Below are positions 43,118 to 58,045 of a stretch of DNA of 64,000 nt, piece after piece (positions within the stretch are counted from its first letter, which is position 1; the number at the start of each line of letters is the position of its first letter). Source of the DNA: the human T2T-CHM13v2.0 reference genome, Homo sapiens. A program made the position numbers and the translations under genes. The stretch lies in assembly GCF_009914755.1 (NCBI RefSeq), contig NC_060925.1; one strand, 5' to 3'. The notes beneath the pieces were generated by a model that was not told the origin of the DNA, did not search any database, and saw only the letters and a program-made list of their open reading frames with translations.

Positions 43118-44922
43118 TCAAAGGTATTTCCAACATAGTATCTCACCTCTAGGCTCATGATTCTCTTCTCTGGTCTGGTCTCAATCCAAATCCCAAACAT
43201 GAGATAGTACAAAATCTAGGTCTTTCATTCAGCTAGGAACTTCTGTAGGCTAGAAGTCCACAGTGGGGAAGGAGATGAGACACCTAATTTTTATGCTTGC
43301 ACCCCAAGTTTGCCAGTTTCTAATTCTTCCAGAGTAGGATCAAAGGAAGGCGGAATAGGACAGGAGGTGAAAACTCCTTTGTGAACTTGCACTTGCATGG
43401 AGAGCTGTCTGGGCCTGGCAGATGTTTAAAGACAACTCATTCGTACTGGGCGTAGGAAGTGGCTTTCACATATTCTCTCCTACAGTTCCCCCGATCCGAG
43501 TAGATACATCTCTATTTGTGGAGTGAGCCACAACCCCTCTGCCATGGCCTTTAGGTCTGGGGTAAGAAGGCAGTACCTCCCTCCCTATCCCACTCCAACA
43601 ATCATGAAACAATCTTTTCTTCTGAATACATTTGTATATTTGGCATTTCACTTTGGGATTTCAAATCCAAAGCTCAGTGGCTACTGTAAACAATTTTAAC
43701 AACCTGTTACTGAGGAATGGCACTTACTCTCCACAGGCTACTTGGCTAGCCACTGCAGGGGATTACAAAATCTGTATGACAGTCTTTGCTTTTGAGGAGG
43801 TTACGTCTGATAAAGGAGCTTATAAAAAGAAGAGGCTGTCACCTGAAAGAACCATGCAGGAATATTCTGTAATTAAAACCAAATATCCATAAGAACCAAA
43901 CGATATTTTTAGATTTTAGTTTTAAGTTTAAAGAGACTAAACATTCTCCAGATAACAAACTCGTACAATACAAACCAAACCTATGAAAAGTTTGACTGAT
44001 TTTTTTCACTAGCATATTATGATCATAGTCATTATTATTGAAAAGCTCAGTCTGTGCAAAGATGCACAGTGTCCAATTCTGAAATCAGAATGGTGAGGAT
44101 GGGGGATACAGGGTCAACTTTCATGCAGATAAATATCCTACCTATTGAATATTTGCAGAGAGGTCAAAATTTACATTTAGTAACATCAGATACGGGAAGC
44201 TTGCTGATTGTGACAGAAAATAGAGACCATTGTGAAAGAAGAGAAGCGCCGTGGGGTAAGATGTAGGCATAAAACTATAGTTATACAATGTAGAGCAAAA
44301 TGATAATTCAATAGCAATAGTGCTAATTTATTAGTTTAAAAAATATCCAAATCAGTAGGAATTCAGAATTCATATTCCCACAGAAATGAAAAATATAATG
44401 GCAGATTAAACATCTAACTTCTACAATCTTATTTTAAAGTAACAACTGAAAAACAGTATTGCATTAGTATATCAATCACATCAAGGTGTCCAAGTAAAAA
44501 TGTACTCAAGTTTCAACCTCAGATAACCAGAACATCTTCCTCCTCAATGAGCAAAGACTTCTTGGGTAAGGAGAGCAGGGTCTCTGTTGGATCAAATCAA
44601 TAGTAGAGGTTCCCATGGCCCATGAAAATAATTTGACACTTTAAGAATTAAGAATTATGCAGAATTCTAGCCACTAGTGTCAAGGAACTAAATCAGGATG
44701 ATTTAAGAGGGGAATTTATTTTTGTAATTGTCTATGAAAATCTAATTTTACTTTTAAAAAGAAAAATCCCTTAAAATTCCATGGAATAAGTTATTGTGAA
44801 TATTTAACACTGTGATTTTTATCACATATTTGTAATCAACTTTTAAATTTAAAATTCAGACAAAATTATTAGAAGAGCACAGAAAGGGAGTCAGGAGAGA
44901 CATTTTATAATTTATCCTGGTC

Positions 44923-46044
<1,122 letters not shown>

Positions 46045-46751
46045 TCTGTCTTCTTCCTTTGCTCTCCTGTCTGGGTGAAAACATGTTCTTAAATCTTTGT
46101 CTTCCCTCTTAACCTACCTTGTGTCCTTGATTCTCCCCATTACTTAGAAGTCTTACATCCATAATCTCTTCCCTCCCATCACTTCCTACATCTTTCTCGA
46201 TTTGCTCTTTCTTTCATATCTTCAAATTATACTTAGATCTCATCTAATTCCTCTAAAATTTAAATGTCCAATTTCTCTCCCTTTTATGGTTCATTCCCTG
46301 GTCATGTATCCCCTCTTACAGTCCCTATAAGCTGGAAGTTCATCAATAATCATATTCCCCTTTCCTTGCCAAGCAGATTTTCCAGCTGGAAGCTGTCAGG
46401 TAGGTATCGCTAGGAACTCAAAGGTAAGTCTAGTCTATTTATCACAGCATCTCCCCAAAATTTATACATTTCTTCTTCTTCTGAGACTATCTATCTTTGC
46501 TGCTTTCATACTTAATATTACAAAGCTAAGTTTATAATATATACAAGGTTTTAAACTATATATTTTAACAAGTTATTTTGGAATCAAGATATAAACTAGT
46601 TTCAGCATATAAAAATGCAGAAAAATTTCTTTGTGGGGGCGTGGTTGGATTTAATTAATCTATAAATTCATTGAAATAAGTTAGCCAATCTACAACGAAT
46701 CATACACAAATGCTAACAAATGAAAAAGCAGGTCACAAATTTTTCTTTCTC

Positions 46752-46990
46752 ATTCATTCACATTCAAAAGATATTTATTGAGTGTCTATTACATGCCAGA
46801 CACTGTTCTAGACACAAGGGATACGATGTGAACAAGACAAATAACAAAATCTTAGAGTGAACAAACAGAAAATAAACCAGACGGAAGTGAGTTCTATAAA
46901 GAAAACACAACATGGCAATCTGATGGAGAGATATAAGAAGTGAATGACGCAACTACTTTAAATAGAGTGGTGAGTAAAAGCCACTTCAAA
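46752..46990 (-). mobile_element. L2 3' fragment
   Basis: ATTCATTCA...ATATTTATTGAGTGTCTATTACATGCCAGACACTGTTCTAG. Confidence 0.75.
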
Positions 46991-47002
46991 GTGAATTATG
47001 AG

Positions 47003-47159
47003 ATGGGTATAGAGTTTCCATTTTTCAAGACAAAAAGTTACAGAGATGGATGGTGGTGATGGTTGTGCAACATTTTAAACGTATTTAATAACACTAAACG
47101 CTACATTTAAAAATTGCTAAGACGATAAATTTTCTTATATATATTTTCCACAATAAAAA
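47003..47159 (+). mobile_element. L1MB 3' terminal fragment
   Basis: GAGATGGATGGTGGTGATGGTTGTGCAACA...CACAATAAAA. Confidence 0.75.
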
Positions 47160-48981
47160 GATGGAAGGAATAAATAAAATGAATTATGAGAAGCTAGGCA
47201 TGCCAAAAAGACAAGGAAGAGCTTATTAGATTGAGGGCACAATTTCCTCAAAGAGGAAAATAAATAGAATTTCATACAATAAGAGAGAAAGGAAAATGAG
47301 GACAAACCTATTATGTTAGGCGTCTGGCTGAATAAAAGGTGAGGGTTCCCTCGTGAAGCTTTGGAAATTAACACAGCAGGAGAGGGTTTCTTATACCCAG
47401 GAAGGAGGCAGCAGAGGTTAAGAAGGGTTGAGGAGAACTAATCAGAGAAACCAAAAGTAAGCTCTCCTGGTAGAAATTAAAAAGAAAAAATTCTCAATAC
47501 AGAAAAAATTGCTCAGTCAAAAATAAAAATGCTGACTGTCGTCAAAGTCTTCTCCTATTGTCCAAGGCTCTCACTTGATCTCCTACTCCTTGAGTTCCCA
47601 TGCACATCTAATTCTCTATCTGAGTGGACTTTGGACATCCTGCCTTCTTCTACATAGATTTTGATTCTGGTTTATCATCGTTTCCCTGGCTCTTACTTGG
47701 ATCTCATCTTAAATCTTGCTGTGACTTTCAGGGTTTGGAATATTTTTACAGGGTCCAGATCCGCAGCACTGACTTTCTTGAGCTGTTTGACTCACTGCTG
47801 TAAATGTTCTTCCTCCCATGTTTCTAGTTTTGTTATAGGTCTCCTGGCTCTAGATTCTTCCCTACCAACTGTTGCTTATAGAACCAGCAGTGACCAGGCC
47901 CTATGAGGGAAGAAAAGACGCTAGTAAGAGGCTTTGTAGGGGAGATATATTGACACAATGAACAAGAATCAAAACTCAGGACAAGAAAAGTATCTGGCAG
48001 AGTTGGTCTATGGTATGAAATTTATGAGGAGAAATATTTCTTTTAAGAGGATAGTTCCTCAAGCCCTCCACAATGATCATTTTTTCTTGTTCCTTTAATG
48101 TTTAGCTTTCTGTTCTTACCACAAGTTTCTCCTATTTAGCTTAGGAGGTTAGGAAGTAACCCTGACAAGGTCTTCCTCTTGCCTCAGTGGTTATCTCTTT
48201 TGATGGAAGAGTGGAGAGAAGAAACTGGTACTGTGATGGGAAGGTAGTTATCGGAGAGGCCAAGGGAGAGAGGGTTGGGAGAGATAATTACTAGTATGAG
48301 AGATAAATGCCTTTAATCTAGGCAGTCAACAGCACTTTCTTATAGTGTATTTCCATGTAAACTTAGATGTAAAACTTAAGAGGTCTTTATCAATATCAGG
48401 TATTTGTGTTAACATTTTAAAGGTGAATTTGAGGACATGCATAAAATAAGGTGATCTATTGAGAGAGACAGCCCCAAAATACAAACCCAAATGCTGTAAT
48501 CTCATAACTTGGCGACAGAAAAAGAGGGTAGGTAGTTCACTATCTTTTAACTACTACCAGCACAGAAAAATAAGGATACAGCAGTTTAGCTTGGTCATCT
48601 CTTTAAAGAAATCCTATTTTAATGCTATGCAACTCTTCCCAAGGTAAGATGCAAATACACGGTTTGCTCATCTTCTTTAGCCCAAGAATTACAATGTATT
48701 TTGGAGAAAAACTGAAAAGGCATTCTGTGCTCATCATAGTTAACATCAGTGTGTCATGTGATACTGTTGCTTACTGACTTCTCTTTGCTCTGCTTTTTAT
48801 TCCAAGATGCTACATATTCCTTTGGTTTTCTCTTATTCCTGTTACATATTTTTCAGTTTCCTTTGTTCCCCCTTCTCCTTTGTCCATCAATGTTGGTGTT
48901 GCTGAGATTTTCATACTTTATTTGCTCTCACCCTATACATTTTCTCTGATTAATCTCATCTCTTATTTTGTATTCAATTAC

Positions 48982-49400
48982 TGCTATGGTTTGGATGTGG
49001 TTTGTCCCTGCCAAAACTCATGTAGAAGTTTAATTGCCAGTGTGACAGTGTTGGGAGGTGAGGCCTAATGGGAGGTGTTTGGGTCAAAAAGGCAGATCTC
49101 TCATGAATATATTAATGCTATCTTGTGAGTTCTTGTTCTTATGGGAATGGATTTGTTCCCTTCACAGTAGACTGTTATAAAGTGAGGCAGCCCCTCTTGT
49201 TTTGCCTTTTTGCATATGTCCACTTCCCCTCTGACTTTCTCTACCATGTTTTGACCCAGCATGTAGCCCTTAACATAAGCCAGCCATATGTGGAGCTATG
49301 CTCTAGAATTTCCCAGCCTGCAGAATTGTGAGCTAAACAAACCTCTTTTCTTGATAAGCTACCCAGTCTCAGATATAGCAACACAAAACATACTAAGACA
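48982..49400 (+). mobile_element. MST(B)-type MaLR solo LTR, apparently inserted in an L2 remnant
   Basis: TGCTATGGTTTGGATGTG...CAAAACTCATGT...TTGGGAGGTGAGGCCT...TACCCAGTCTCAG...ACTAAGACA (TG...CA ends). Confidence 0.85.
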
Positions 49401-51159
49401 GCTGCCCTCTATTGTCTAATAATTCCCAGATCTGTATTTTTAGCCCAGGCCTCTTACCTAAGATCTAGTCATTAACTAATTGACTACTGGACATGACAGC
49501 AGCTTTTAGATTGCCTTCTGTGCTTCTGGCATTTCCAATGTTCAATCCATACTTCACACTTCTGACAGTGACTCGACCATGTCATTGCCCTACTTAAATG
49601 TTTTCAATGATTCCCCACTGCCTTCGGCATTAAAGTCCTCAGTATGATATATAATGAACTTCAATATCGAGTCCAATCTCATCTCTTCAAAAGTAACTGT
49701 GGTCCTCTGAACAAGTCATGTGTGCTCCTGTGCTTTCGAATAGGCTGTTCCATATTTCTGGAAAACTCTACCTAGCATGCCTGTTATGGGATTAATTACG
49801 TATGTTTCACGACTAGCTCAGCTGGCAATATTTATTGAGGACATTTTATATGCTGGCACTAGGTTCCTACAGTCATGGAGTTTACATTTGTTTGTGTCTC
49901 TTTCCAATGGGAGTAGGGAGGCAAATGAATAAACAGTGAACTGGTGAAGCAGTAATAAAGCTTATGATTAAAATGAAACAAGTTGATGACAGTGACTACT
50001 TTTTTTTTTTTTTAACTGAATGACTAAAGACTTCTCTGAGGAAGGAATGTCCTCTGAAGACCTGAGATCTCCTCTTGGAAGCTATTGGTAGCTTTCCTCC
50101 AACAGCTTTATTTTTAAAGTCTTGGTTTTTGTCTGTGTATATCTATTCCAGTACACAGCCATTTCCTGAGAGAAAGAGCTCAGTCTTTTCATTGTGAATC
50201 ACCTTCTCGTAGACACAAAGCCTGGCACATAGTTAATGTTGAATTAAAGTTGCTAAATAAATGAATCAATGAAATAGAACACATCTCAAATGATGACGTG
50301 AAAAGAAGAGTTAGACCACATGAACGTTTCCAGGACCAAAGAACATTTAAATTCAGACAAACAACAGCTGATGGCCCCAACTTCAATCCCACACACCCAA
50401 ACCTCAAAATGGAGAAACTGGATGACAACACTCATCCAGGCAACTTGATATGATGCCTGTATCTACTCCTATCCTCCCAAAGTGCTTTTTCTGCCTTCCT
50501 TCTGGCTGTTGTTGGTCTTTGTTTTCTTCATACCCACAGGTTACTTCATCTTACTCAGACATGATTACTGCTTTTATGCTTTTGTTTTCCCAGAGCCTGA
50601 CTTTAATTAGCCCGAATTTGGCTTTAAGCTTTATGTGGATTCAAGCTAATGGAATCTTAGCTCTTTTTCTTTGGTAGTCACAAGATAATGTAGTGAGCTT
50701 TGTTCTTCCCAGCAATATGGTCTCAGCTTCATTTTCTGGTTTATACAAACTAAGAATGACTTTGAACTATGTACACAGTCACACACTACCATTACTCCTT
50801 TAAATGACTCCTGCTCTAAAGTCTTGGGTTTCTCTATCCACAGTGTGACCATATAATTTGCTGTCAAAATGGACTCTGAGAATAAAAAATGATGCTTATG
50901 ATAATTGTAGGCAACAGGTGTAAAACAGGTTTTGTGGCCACCCTCTCTATCCAGCAGTTTCCTGAAGAGTTTCATCTGCTACAATGACTTCTTTCTTGGC
51001 TTTCTGCTGTCCTGGCCAAGCTAGCCCCTCACACTGTCACTTCCATTGTGGTTTTATATTTAACCCTTTCAGTGCTGAAAGAACATTCTGGGATTTGTCA
51101 GTACTTTATGTAGAGATTCAAATGTGGAAACTCCTAATAACAGTAATGATAAAGCAACA

Positions 51160-51372
51160 CTTATAAAGCAATATAATAAGATAGGTATTGTGATAAGCCT
51201 TTTACATGTTTTATTGAATTCTTTTTATAATCTAGTGATATCGCCTCTGTTTCAGAGATAAAAGAAACTGAGGCTTAAAGAGGTAACTTTACCCAAGGGC
51301 ACACACAAGCACATGCAAAGTTTATATTTAATCCCAGATCTGTCTGCTTACAAGGGTCCATGTTCTTAAATT
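51160..51372 (-). mobile_element. MIR
   Basis: GAAACTGAGGCTTAAAGAGGTAACTTTACCCAAGGGCACACA core. Confidence 0.7.
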
Positions 51373-51375
51373 GCA

Positions 51376-51408
51376 CTCTCTCTCTCTCTCTATATATATA
51401 TACATATA
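51376..51408 (+). repeat. Compound (CT)n(TA)n microsatellite
   Basis: CTCTCTCTCTCTCTCTATATATATATACATATA. Confidence 0.9.
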
Positions 51409-51811
51409 AAATCCTTCACTGCAAAATAATCTTTTAATGGGAAAACATCAGCCATTATGATCAGTCATTAAGAAACATCAGATGTTTCTTAAACACTATA
51501 CTTTTCATATTAACAACTATAATATTGCTCACCTATTTCCCAGACAATGGGTCTCTAAAAGTTTGGAGTTGAGCAGCTCAGTGGTAAACCTGAAGCATGT
51601 ACTTCACAATAAATGTATGTTTAGAAATTATACGTACTCTCTTACAGTGTAGTAAGAGATTTTATACACTATAGAACACAATCCAAAATAAAAATTAAAA
51701 ATATGAAAATAAAAGTAAACATTAAGTTCTAATATTTTTCCTGCATCCCAAAGGGTTATCTTATCTTGCCCTCCTCCCTGAAGAGGCCATTCCAGAAACT
51801 CATCATCTAAA

Positions 51812-51975
51812 TAAGTGCATCTCAAATGTTAATGTGCACATTAGTCAACTGGAGATCTCATTTCTAATGTAGATTTTGACTTGGTATATATAGGATGGGC
51901 CTGAGAAGCTGCATTTCTAACAAGCTTCCAAGTAATATTTATGCTGCTAACCCGTGGAGTGGATTTGAGTAACAA
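51812..51975. mobile_element. MER5-family hAT MITE
   Basis: TCTCAAATGTTAATGTGCAC...TGCATTTCTAACAAGCTTCCAAGT...TTTGAGTAACAAG. Confidence 0.75.
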
Positions 51976-52036
51976 GAATTCAAACAAAAGATTAACGTTT
52001 AGCCAAACGGATACTGCTGTTTTGCAAGAGGTAATA

Positions 52037-52090
52037 TGAGGTTGGTGCAAAAGTCACTGCGGTTTTTGCCATTACTTTCAACGGCAACCT
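52037..52090 (+). mobile_element. MADE1 (Hsmar1 MITE) with most of the right TIR deleted
   Basis: AGGTTGGTGCAAAAGTCACTGCGGTTTTTGCCATTACTTTCAACGGCAACCT. Confidence 0.85.
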
Positions 52091-52806
52091 TGATAGCTGA
52101 TTCTAAAGTCAACCTTTCACGACCATTGGCAAAACTGAGAAAAATTGCTTTTTAAACCATGCAACAATCCTTACACACGCTAACCAATAATATCAAAGAA
52201 TACACTTGAAATGTAGGTAACTATCACGACTGGTCATATACGTGGTTAAACTAGTAAACTAAATCATAAACAACTGATTTTGTTTTCATATACTTCTCTT
52301 CTACCACCAATGACAGCAGTGAATAGAAATTAAGAAAACATACGGACAAAGAACAAAGCTAAAATAAGTATTTTCATCTTCCAACATGAAATCAGCAGGT
52401 AGGAAATCTGTGGTTAACTATTATTGGCTAATATCTACATTTATGTTAACAGAGTTATAGCAATGTTTGTTGGTTGTTTCTTTTTATTTTTTAAGCAAAT
52501 GCAAAGCAAGAATGTCCAAAGCATACTATTTTTAAAACCTATCTTTAATTTACACAAATTTAAAAGGTCCAAACCTTTTTAATGTACAGAGCTTTATGTA
52601 TGAAACTCAGGTAAATTCAGAATATCAGCAAATAAAATCACAAAGCATGTTGGTCTTACTGTTAAGTCTTGCAGTTCCCTAACAAAACCCTAAAATTCAC
52701 ATACCACTGACTGCATGACAACATCTCATGCTGACTCTCCAATAATTTCCACCAGTCAAATACACCACACAACAACTAAGATCACACTCAAATTTCAATT
52801 ATTTAC

Positions 52807-53100
52807 CTTGTCAATCATTTTTCTTGCTTCCACTTCCTCACTGTTGGGATTCTCTAACTCAATGGTATAAGTACCCTTGTCACTTTGGTCATCATCATTA
52901 TCCTTTTCAGAAGTAGCAGAAGTTGCTTGATTTTTTAACATTTTATCCATCTCCTGGCTTGGTCTGTGCCCAAGACTCCCTGAACTTCTTAATAATGCAG
53001 TTTGTAGGAAGGGTATTGACACCGATGGCTCCTCTGATTTCTGTTTTAACAATTTCCCATGTGGAACACCATGCCCCCCTCTGTGATGCGCAGAGCTAGT
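52807..53100 (-). CDS. CEP170: CEP170 coding exon (~exon 10), 294 nt, phase 0-0 cassette exon
   Basis: Acceptor TTTGTCTTTACAG|ACT, donor AAG|GTAAAT. Encodes TSSAHHRGG...EARKMIDK (98 aa); symmetric, so it can be skipped in frame. Confidence 0.93.
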
Positions 53101-53286
53101 CTGTAAAGACAAAGAAACCACTTTGGCATCTGCTGTTGGAGACTTTGCTTTCTCAAGTTTTGTATGTGGTGTTGAATATGTAGTTTCCTGACACAAGATT
53201 CCCGCACTTTGAGTAAAAGAATACGACCTTCTTTTTCTGGGATTGTCTTCATCAAAGAATGCAATCATAAAAGCAGTTTGACTTAC
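53101..53286 (-). other. CEP170: 186-nt in-frame, stop-free intron (exitron / retainable coding intron)
   Basis: GTAAGT...TTTACAG boundaries; 62 codons with no stop, in frame with both flanking exons (continuous ORF 52795..53595). Confidence 0.85.
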
Positions 53287-53450
53287 AACAGCTTGGTCTT
53301 GATGCTTTTCAGTAGCCTGGACCTTCTGTAGCTTTTTGTGTTCTGAATGGTGGCGTCTTAAGTGTTCCTCAAGAGTTGCACGTTTGCTACAGCGCCTGTG
53401 AGCCCCAGCGTTCTCTGAATCACTTTGCGTACCATCATCATGTTTATTTC
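53287..53450 (-). CDS. CEP170: CEP170 coding exon (~exon 9), 164 nt
   Basis: Acceptor TTGTATCCAG|GA, donor GTT|GTAAGT. Encodes (G)[12 protein letters not shown]...HQDQAV. Confidence 0.93.
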
Positions 53451-56302
53451 CTGGATACAAAAAGAAAACACACAATAGAGAAGGAAAAAGTCCCATGTAG
53501 AAATTTAGAAGCATATACAAAAGTGCTATTTGTTTTGCTCCCCTCCTCCTTTTCAATCCAAAGTCATATGTTCTCTTCAGTAACAGGCTCGGCAAACTTG
53601 CTCAATTGCAATGGTTACATTCAAATTTTATCAACTAACAATGAGGTCCTTTATAAACAACTGAATAGGATCGCCTTTCTCCAAATTTTAACTTTATAAT
53701 GTTTCATCAATGTCTTAATAGATAATTGATGCTCTATCTCTGCGATATTTGTATTCCTAACATCAATAAACATTAATTCTGCCTTCAAATTATACATCTT
53801 ATTTAGCAATAAAAAATTTGACTCTAGCATTAGAGATGAAAAAAGACAAGAAAAAGGGTAATGTCACTGAAATGCTTACTGTTACACAGGAAATGAGAAC
53901 ATAAGTATGGTAAAAATGTGATGAATCTTAAGCTTCACTGATGTTCAGTACTTTCAGAAGCTCAGCATATTTTTCCTTTTTATTAAAAAGATTCAAATTT
54001 GTAGTCCCCATTAATTATTGCAAAATTTTTTCCACATATCTTTCCAGCTATGAGAATTTTTGAAAACTGCATTTGCACTCCAAACTCTAGTGGCTTCAGA
54101 GTTAAAGAAAGCATGCTGAGAGGTCTATCAATGCAAAGGGTCATCTATGAAATCTCCACCTAGATCTAAGGACCACTGGGCAAACAGCATGGTGCTCAAT
54201 ATAACCAGCTATTTTCCCCAGGAAGCATATCAGGTTAGAATATATCGGAATTTTGAAAGATCACCTCTTTAACAAAGGTTTTTCTATTTTAGAGCAAGTA
54301 AAAGCCACTAGTTACCCTTAATGGTTCTGTTAGGTTTTGGATGTGATGACACAAAAATTATTTTTTTCCTGATTTAAAATTCTCATTACCTAAATAATAA
54401 GTATATGATAAAAATAATCAAATGATATTGTATTATTATAGCATGAAATTATTAGAAAGTCAAGTTATTCTGTGCATGTTTTAAATGGAATCACAAATCA
54501 GAGCTTAAATTAGTTTTAAACTTCTTTAGCTATGAATGAATTTAGTCAACGAGGTACATTCTAATGCTTCCAGGACTAAATCTGATTTTTAAATTTACCT
54601 GGGCTACAAATTTTAATGTGAACACCCACTGAATAATATGGTACCAAACAAAATAATGATCAGACACGAAAGACTTGGGGGTGGGAGAAGCAAATGACCT
54701 ATGTCTAGGGAAGTTGAGTGTTAATGTTTATAGGTTGTTCCTAATGAATTTAGAGATTACTAACTGGTCCCAATGATTTAACACAGAAACACTAGTTATA
54801 AAAATGTGGTGCATAAAAGGAATGAGAAGACACAGAAGAGAGAACTGCGGAATGCACAGAAAAGGGTCATGTCTTGGAAAAGTAATAGGCAAGGGAAACA
54901 AAGGGAGTAAGATCAAAATGAAGGTGATTTGGAGATCATGTCTATCAAAGTAATAGTGATTAATACTATAAAAATCATATATGACAACAAATCTGAAGAT
55001 CTTTCTTCAAATTGTTGACTACTCAAAATGCAATCTGAAAAGAAAAAATGGGATTAATTAATGAAATCCCTGCCTCAGGTAATTAAGCTAGGAATAACAG
55101 ATAGCAGATGAAAGGCAAGCCCAAACAAACTCATTAGTTCAAATATAGACTTCATTAAAAACACTAGATTTTACAACCTATTTCATTGTTGTAATGGCTC
55201 TATTGAAAAGGAATCCAGTTTCTAAAAGCTGAAAATAACTAAATTCCAATATTTGCTGTACCATAAGAATAACAGATCACGCACATACAGAAAGATTTTA
55301 ATGAAAATACCATCTTCACAGAATTTAATTGATTCCAATAGATAAAATTTGGCACTTAGTGGTGTCAGGCCCTTTCAAATATCTTTCCTATAACTTGTAG
55401 TTCAAAACTTTTCTTATAAATTAGTCATTTTCTTTTTTGGAAAATTACCATTCCCTCTTGTATTTTGTCAGGGTTATACAAGTCAACATCTCATCACAGC
55501 TGCAATTTTCTGTTTCTACTCATTAAAAAAGTCACTAGGAAACAGTCCTCACCAAGTTCTTTTCTTTCCTTTGCTCATCATTAACCATGCCTAAATATGT
55601 TGAAGTCCTTTTAATATTTTTAGGGTAGGTTAGCTGTAACAAGTCAGTGGTGTGGCCTAAAACAGTGGCAACTCTCCTAAAGGGTTAAAGTGTATGGGCT
55701 TTATTTTCCAAACTGTCGCAAAGCACCTGCATTTTACTCTTGTAGGAGCAAAGTTTTTTGTTTTAGTTTTGTTTTGCCTACTTTCAATTCTTTGATCTAA
55801 ACAGTTGCTGAAAACCTAATTTTTGTAAAATTTTTATTATTTGCTATAATTACATTTATTTAGAGTCTGGCTATATACTTTTTATATCCTAAATCATGGA
55901 AAATTGTTATCTAATGATGGAAGCTCTGACTTTTGGAGAAAGTCACATGTCATTTATACACATGTCCAGAAAAGTAAAATGAGTCTATCTTGGATCAAAA
56001 AATGAGTTATATTCACAAAAACATTATCTTCAATGGCTTGTAAAATGGTCTGAAGGCAAATCCAAAAGAAGAGTTCTCACACTGGCACCATACTGGAATG
56101 TATGTCTACCTATAAATCAACTTTGAAGGACAACAGTAATATGATTACATAATTTCTAGTAAGGGCTTAAAAGATCTAATCATTAAAATACAGATATAGT
56201 ATACATGTGGACATTAATCCCTCTATTTGGAATTAGGCCCACAAATGGGCTTGTGAGGACAGAACGTTTTAAAATAATGGCTTAAAAATAATAGTCGATA
56301 CA

Positions 56303-56706
<404 letters not shown>

Positions 56707-58045
56707 TTACCTCAGTTTTTGTTTATTAAGAGTGGTTTTAAAAAGTCTAAGTTATTTCTAAATTCTCAAGGTTCAGCTACCTCTTATACTGTACTAGGAG
56801 ATCAATATTATTTATCCAATTCATATAAACAGCCTATGTGTTTGTGAGTGTTAACCTACAGAAACAAAATGTCTCAATTACGTATTGTCTAGAAGTAAAA
56901 TGTCACAATCATGTCTCAAAAATACATATGCCAGGTAACTGCTGATAACTATAATTAAATATTGTGATAGGCTCCAACAAATAATTAGGTAATCACATCA
57001 TCTCACTGTCCGGAAATGTCTTAGAAGCAAATCAGAAATAAGTATACAAATACTATTTCTTCATTACTTGATCAGAATGCCAGGACATAAGGTACAGATT
57101 AAATCAGGGACAGTCTTGTCATTGACAGAGAAATCGCCCATTGTTTTCAAATTAGTACCTATCACATGCTCAAGTACTAGATGAAGTGTTAGGAGTACAA
57201 AAACTCCTAATATAGTAACAGAATGGTCAGCTAAACGTGTAATCACAATTTGTTCAAAATCGTTTTCCTTATAGATAGCTTATTAAATAAAAGATAGGGT
57301 AACATAAATCTATACTCAATTCTAAAATAAATTTAATTGGCAAAACCAATGAGAAAAAACTGATCAGCTGATACATCAGTGTACAAACATACAAATTGTA
57401 CTAATTTTGGCTAAGTTCTACACAAATAAAGTATATATAACTATTTCAAAAATGAACATTCAACTCTAATTTTCATGAAGTCCTAATATTAAAAAAAATT
57501 TTAAAACTGGATTAATAGATCCTACCAAATATTTCTAAACCAAAAATCTTTGTTTTATGAGTAACCACTGAGAATACTTTGAAGCGCTCCATCAATGATG
57601 TGACTGCATTACCAAAGTAGAACTTTTGGCTCAGACCAAATGACTTAAAATTTCTTTCAGAATCTAGATATTGATCTCAATAGAGAACAGAATTGAATAT
57701 ATCTTTTCCTTAAATCAAGAAAATGATGGAACTCATCTTCTAGGGAACTCTACTGGTGAACTTAATAAATCTTATATTTCTAGAAGAAAAAGAAACATGT
57801 TTTATAGCATAAATATAAGCTCATAAAACCAATCTGGTTTTGTCAAGAAAATGAAGGAAGACTATTTTGAATGAGGAAATTGGACATGGGCAGTGTAGCT
57901 TCCTGTTTAGTTTTAAGACTAAATATAACCTTTGAAAAAAGCAGAATGTTTTCTACCATGTAAGTATCTACTAGTAGTCTAGTAAATGAAGACCAGATTT
58001 TCTTTATCGTAAAGTAGGAAGTTCTGAATGATCAAATCACTTTAC

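Noticed and set aside
53451-53595. Upstream ORF extension MPSLLLKR...FFLYP
   Set aside because: It starts at TTG and runs through the polypyrimidine tract of the real acceptor; intronic.
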